The notes below the pieces were generated by a model. It saw only the letters and a program-made list of their open reading frames with translations. It was not told the DNA's origin and searched no databases. A stretch of 8,545 nt of DNA, taken from the NCBI GenBank assembly GCA_043228905.1, contig JBHGNT010001432.1:1-8545 (forward strand), read 5' to 3'. A program made the translations under genes and the position numbers. The DNA is from Azolla caroliniana (Eukaryota; Plantae; Polypodiophyta). This document shows, one piece after another, positions 7,785 through 8,545 of this stretch (positions within the stretch are counted from its first letter, which is position 1; every line of letters begins with the position of its first letter).

Positions 7785-8412
7785 TGTCGTGTTGTTACGC
7801 TCTCGCGTATGAAATAAGGTGGGACCGCGGGGGCCTTGAACCGAGGAGTGTGAGAGAGAAGAGCGAGAGAGATTCGCAGAAACACAGAGAGACCGAACGA
7901 AAGAATCAATTCCAATAACAGTATAGATTACAGAACTTGCAATGTTACAACTGGCAAGCCGGTGACAGACTCAACACAGACGAACACACGCACTAAAATA
8001 CACAATGGAGCCTCTATCGGAAGCACATAGGCTTTCACGCAGCAGAGGCAACCAGCCTAACCCAAAATCCCTGCAGAAACAGCAACGAAAGTGGAGGAGA
8101 GAGCTCTGTTCCCAGTCCGACAACATTTCTTCCTCTCAAAATTGCACGATCCTTGTATCAGTCTTCTCCCCTCCCTTTTATAGGTCGCCGAGGAAGACCT
8201 TTACACCCTCAGTTACATACATTTATCCTCTGTCCCGTCGGATAGAGATACTCTTGGCTTCCCTAGACAATTAATGCGTACTACCTAGTATATTTACATC
8301 AGCTGAATCAGACCTAGTTATGTACAACTTAATAAATAGTGCTGCCATGCGAGGGTCGGTTCCTGCGTCTTTTCCCCCCTGTTTCCTCCTATGGCCAGTT
8401 TTCTCCACGACA
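7785..8412 (-). repeat. Complete 628-bp 3' LTR
   Basis: TGTCGTG (7785-7791) and CACGACA (8406-8412) are perfect terminal inverted repeats. A minus-strand TATA box (CCTATAAAAAGGAG) is at 8184-8171, and the PPT abuts the right end. Confidence 0.88.
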
Positions 8413-8424
8413 TCCACCCCCACC
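8413..8424 (-). promoter_or_regulatory. Polypurine tract of the inserted element
   Basis: Minus strand GGTGGGGGTGGA directly precedes TGTCGTG of the LTR. Confidence 0.8.
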
Positions 8425-8545
8425 AAATCGCGCATCCACCGGTATGTGCCGGAGAGGAACAATTACTAGAGAAACCGGCTCGCCTCTACTTGTCGCTCCC
8501 CAATCCTTCGTCCGCTCTGAACCGATCGTCATCGTCGCCCTCGCT

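Larger units (their letters stand above)
7785..8545 (-). mobile_element. LTR retrotransposon (probably Ty3/gypsy, lineage undetermined) inserted in reverse into the copia RT; its 3' end is visible
   Basis: The copia RT reading diverges after EKYV. An LTR bounded by 7-bp inverted termini follows, then a minus-strand PPT. Confidence 0.85.

Noticed and set aside
7793-7800. TGTTACGC as the start of the inserted LTR
   Set aside because: TGTCGTG at 7785 has a perfect inverted partner next to the PPT and fits where the RT reading diverges.
6430-7817. Alternative-frame and antisense ORFs in the copia integrase/RT region
   Set aside because: They are by-products of codon bias and frameshifts; the domain-bearing frames are already accounted for.
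8005-8462. ORFs 8005-8274 (+) and 8271-8462 (-) as cargo genes
   Set aside because: They lie within or across the LTR/PPT and show no domain similarity.
1-8545. Prokaryotic systems (CRISPR array, retron, DGR, defence island)
   Set aside because: There is no repeat-spacer array or operon structure; the RT and all repeats are explained by eukaryotic retrotransposons.

Overview
The window is a eukaryotic, plant-type nest of decayed retroelements with no intact host gene. Moss (Physcomitrium-like) is an inference from the Tcn1-like chromovirus and is not proven. From left to right: (A) the 3' half of a Ty3/gypsy chromovirus pol (RNase H, integrase, chromodomain; many stops), its polypurine tract (PPT) and its 3' LTR. 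(B) A rearranged LINE (APE-endonuclease) relic folded back on itself, with 121-bp inverted repeats. (C) A minus-strand Ty3/gypsy gag-protease fragment that the ORF track misses. (D) A Tork-like (Tnt1/Tto1-type) Ty1/copia element with a short 5' LTR, a tRNA-iMet primer-binding site (PBS) and a dead gag-pol carrying a 272-bp tandem duplication. (E) A later LTR element inserted in reverse into the copia RT, with a complete 628-bp LTR and PPT. The most unusual signal is an antisense tRNA-like Pol III A-box/B-box module with canonical spacing at the start of the chromovirus LTR, pointing back across the PPT. Two junctions also show template-switching scars. Nothing here demonstrates a new system; the Pol III module is a testable hypothesis.
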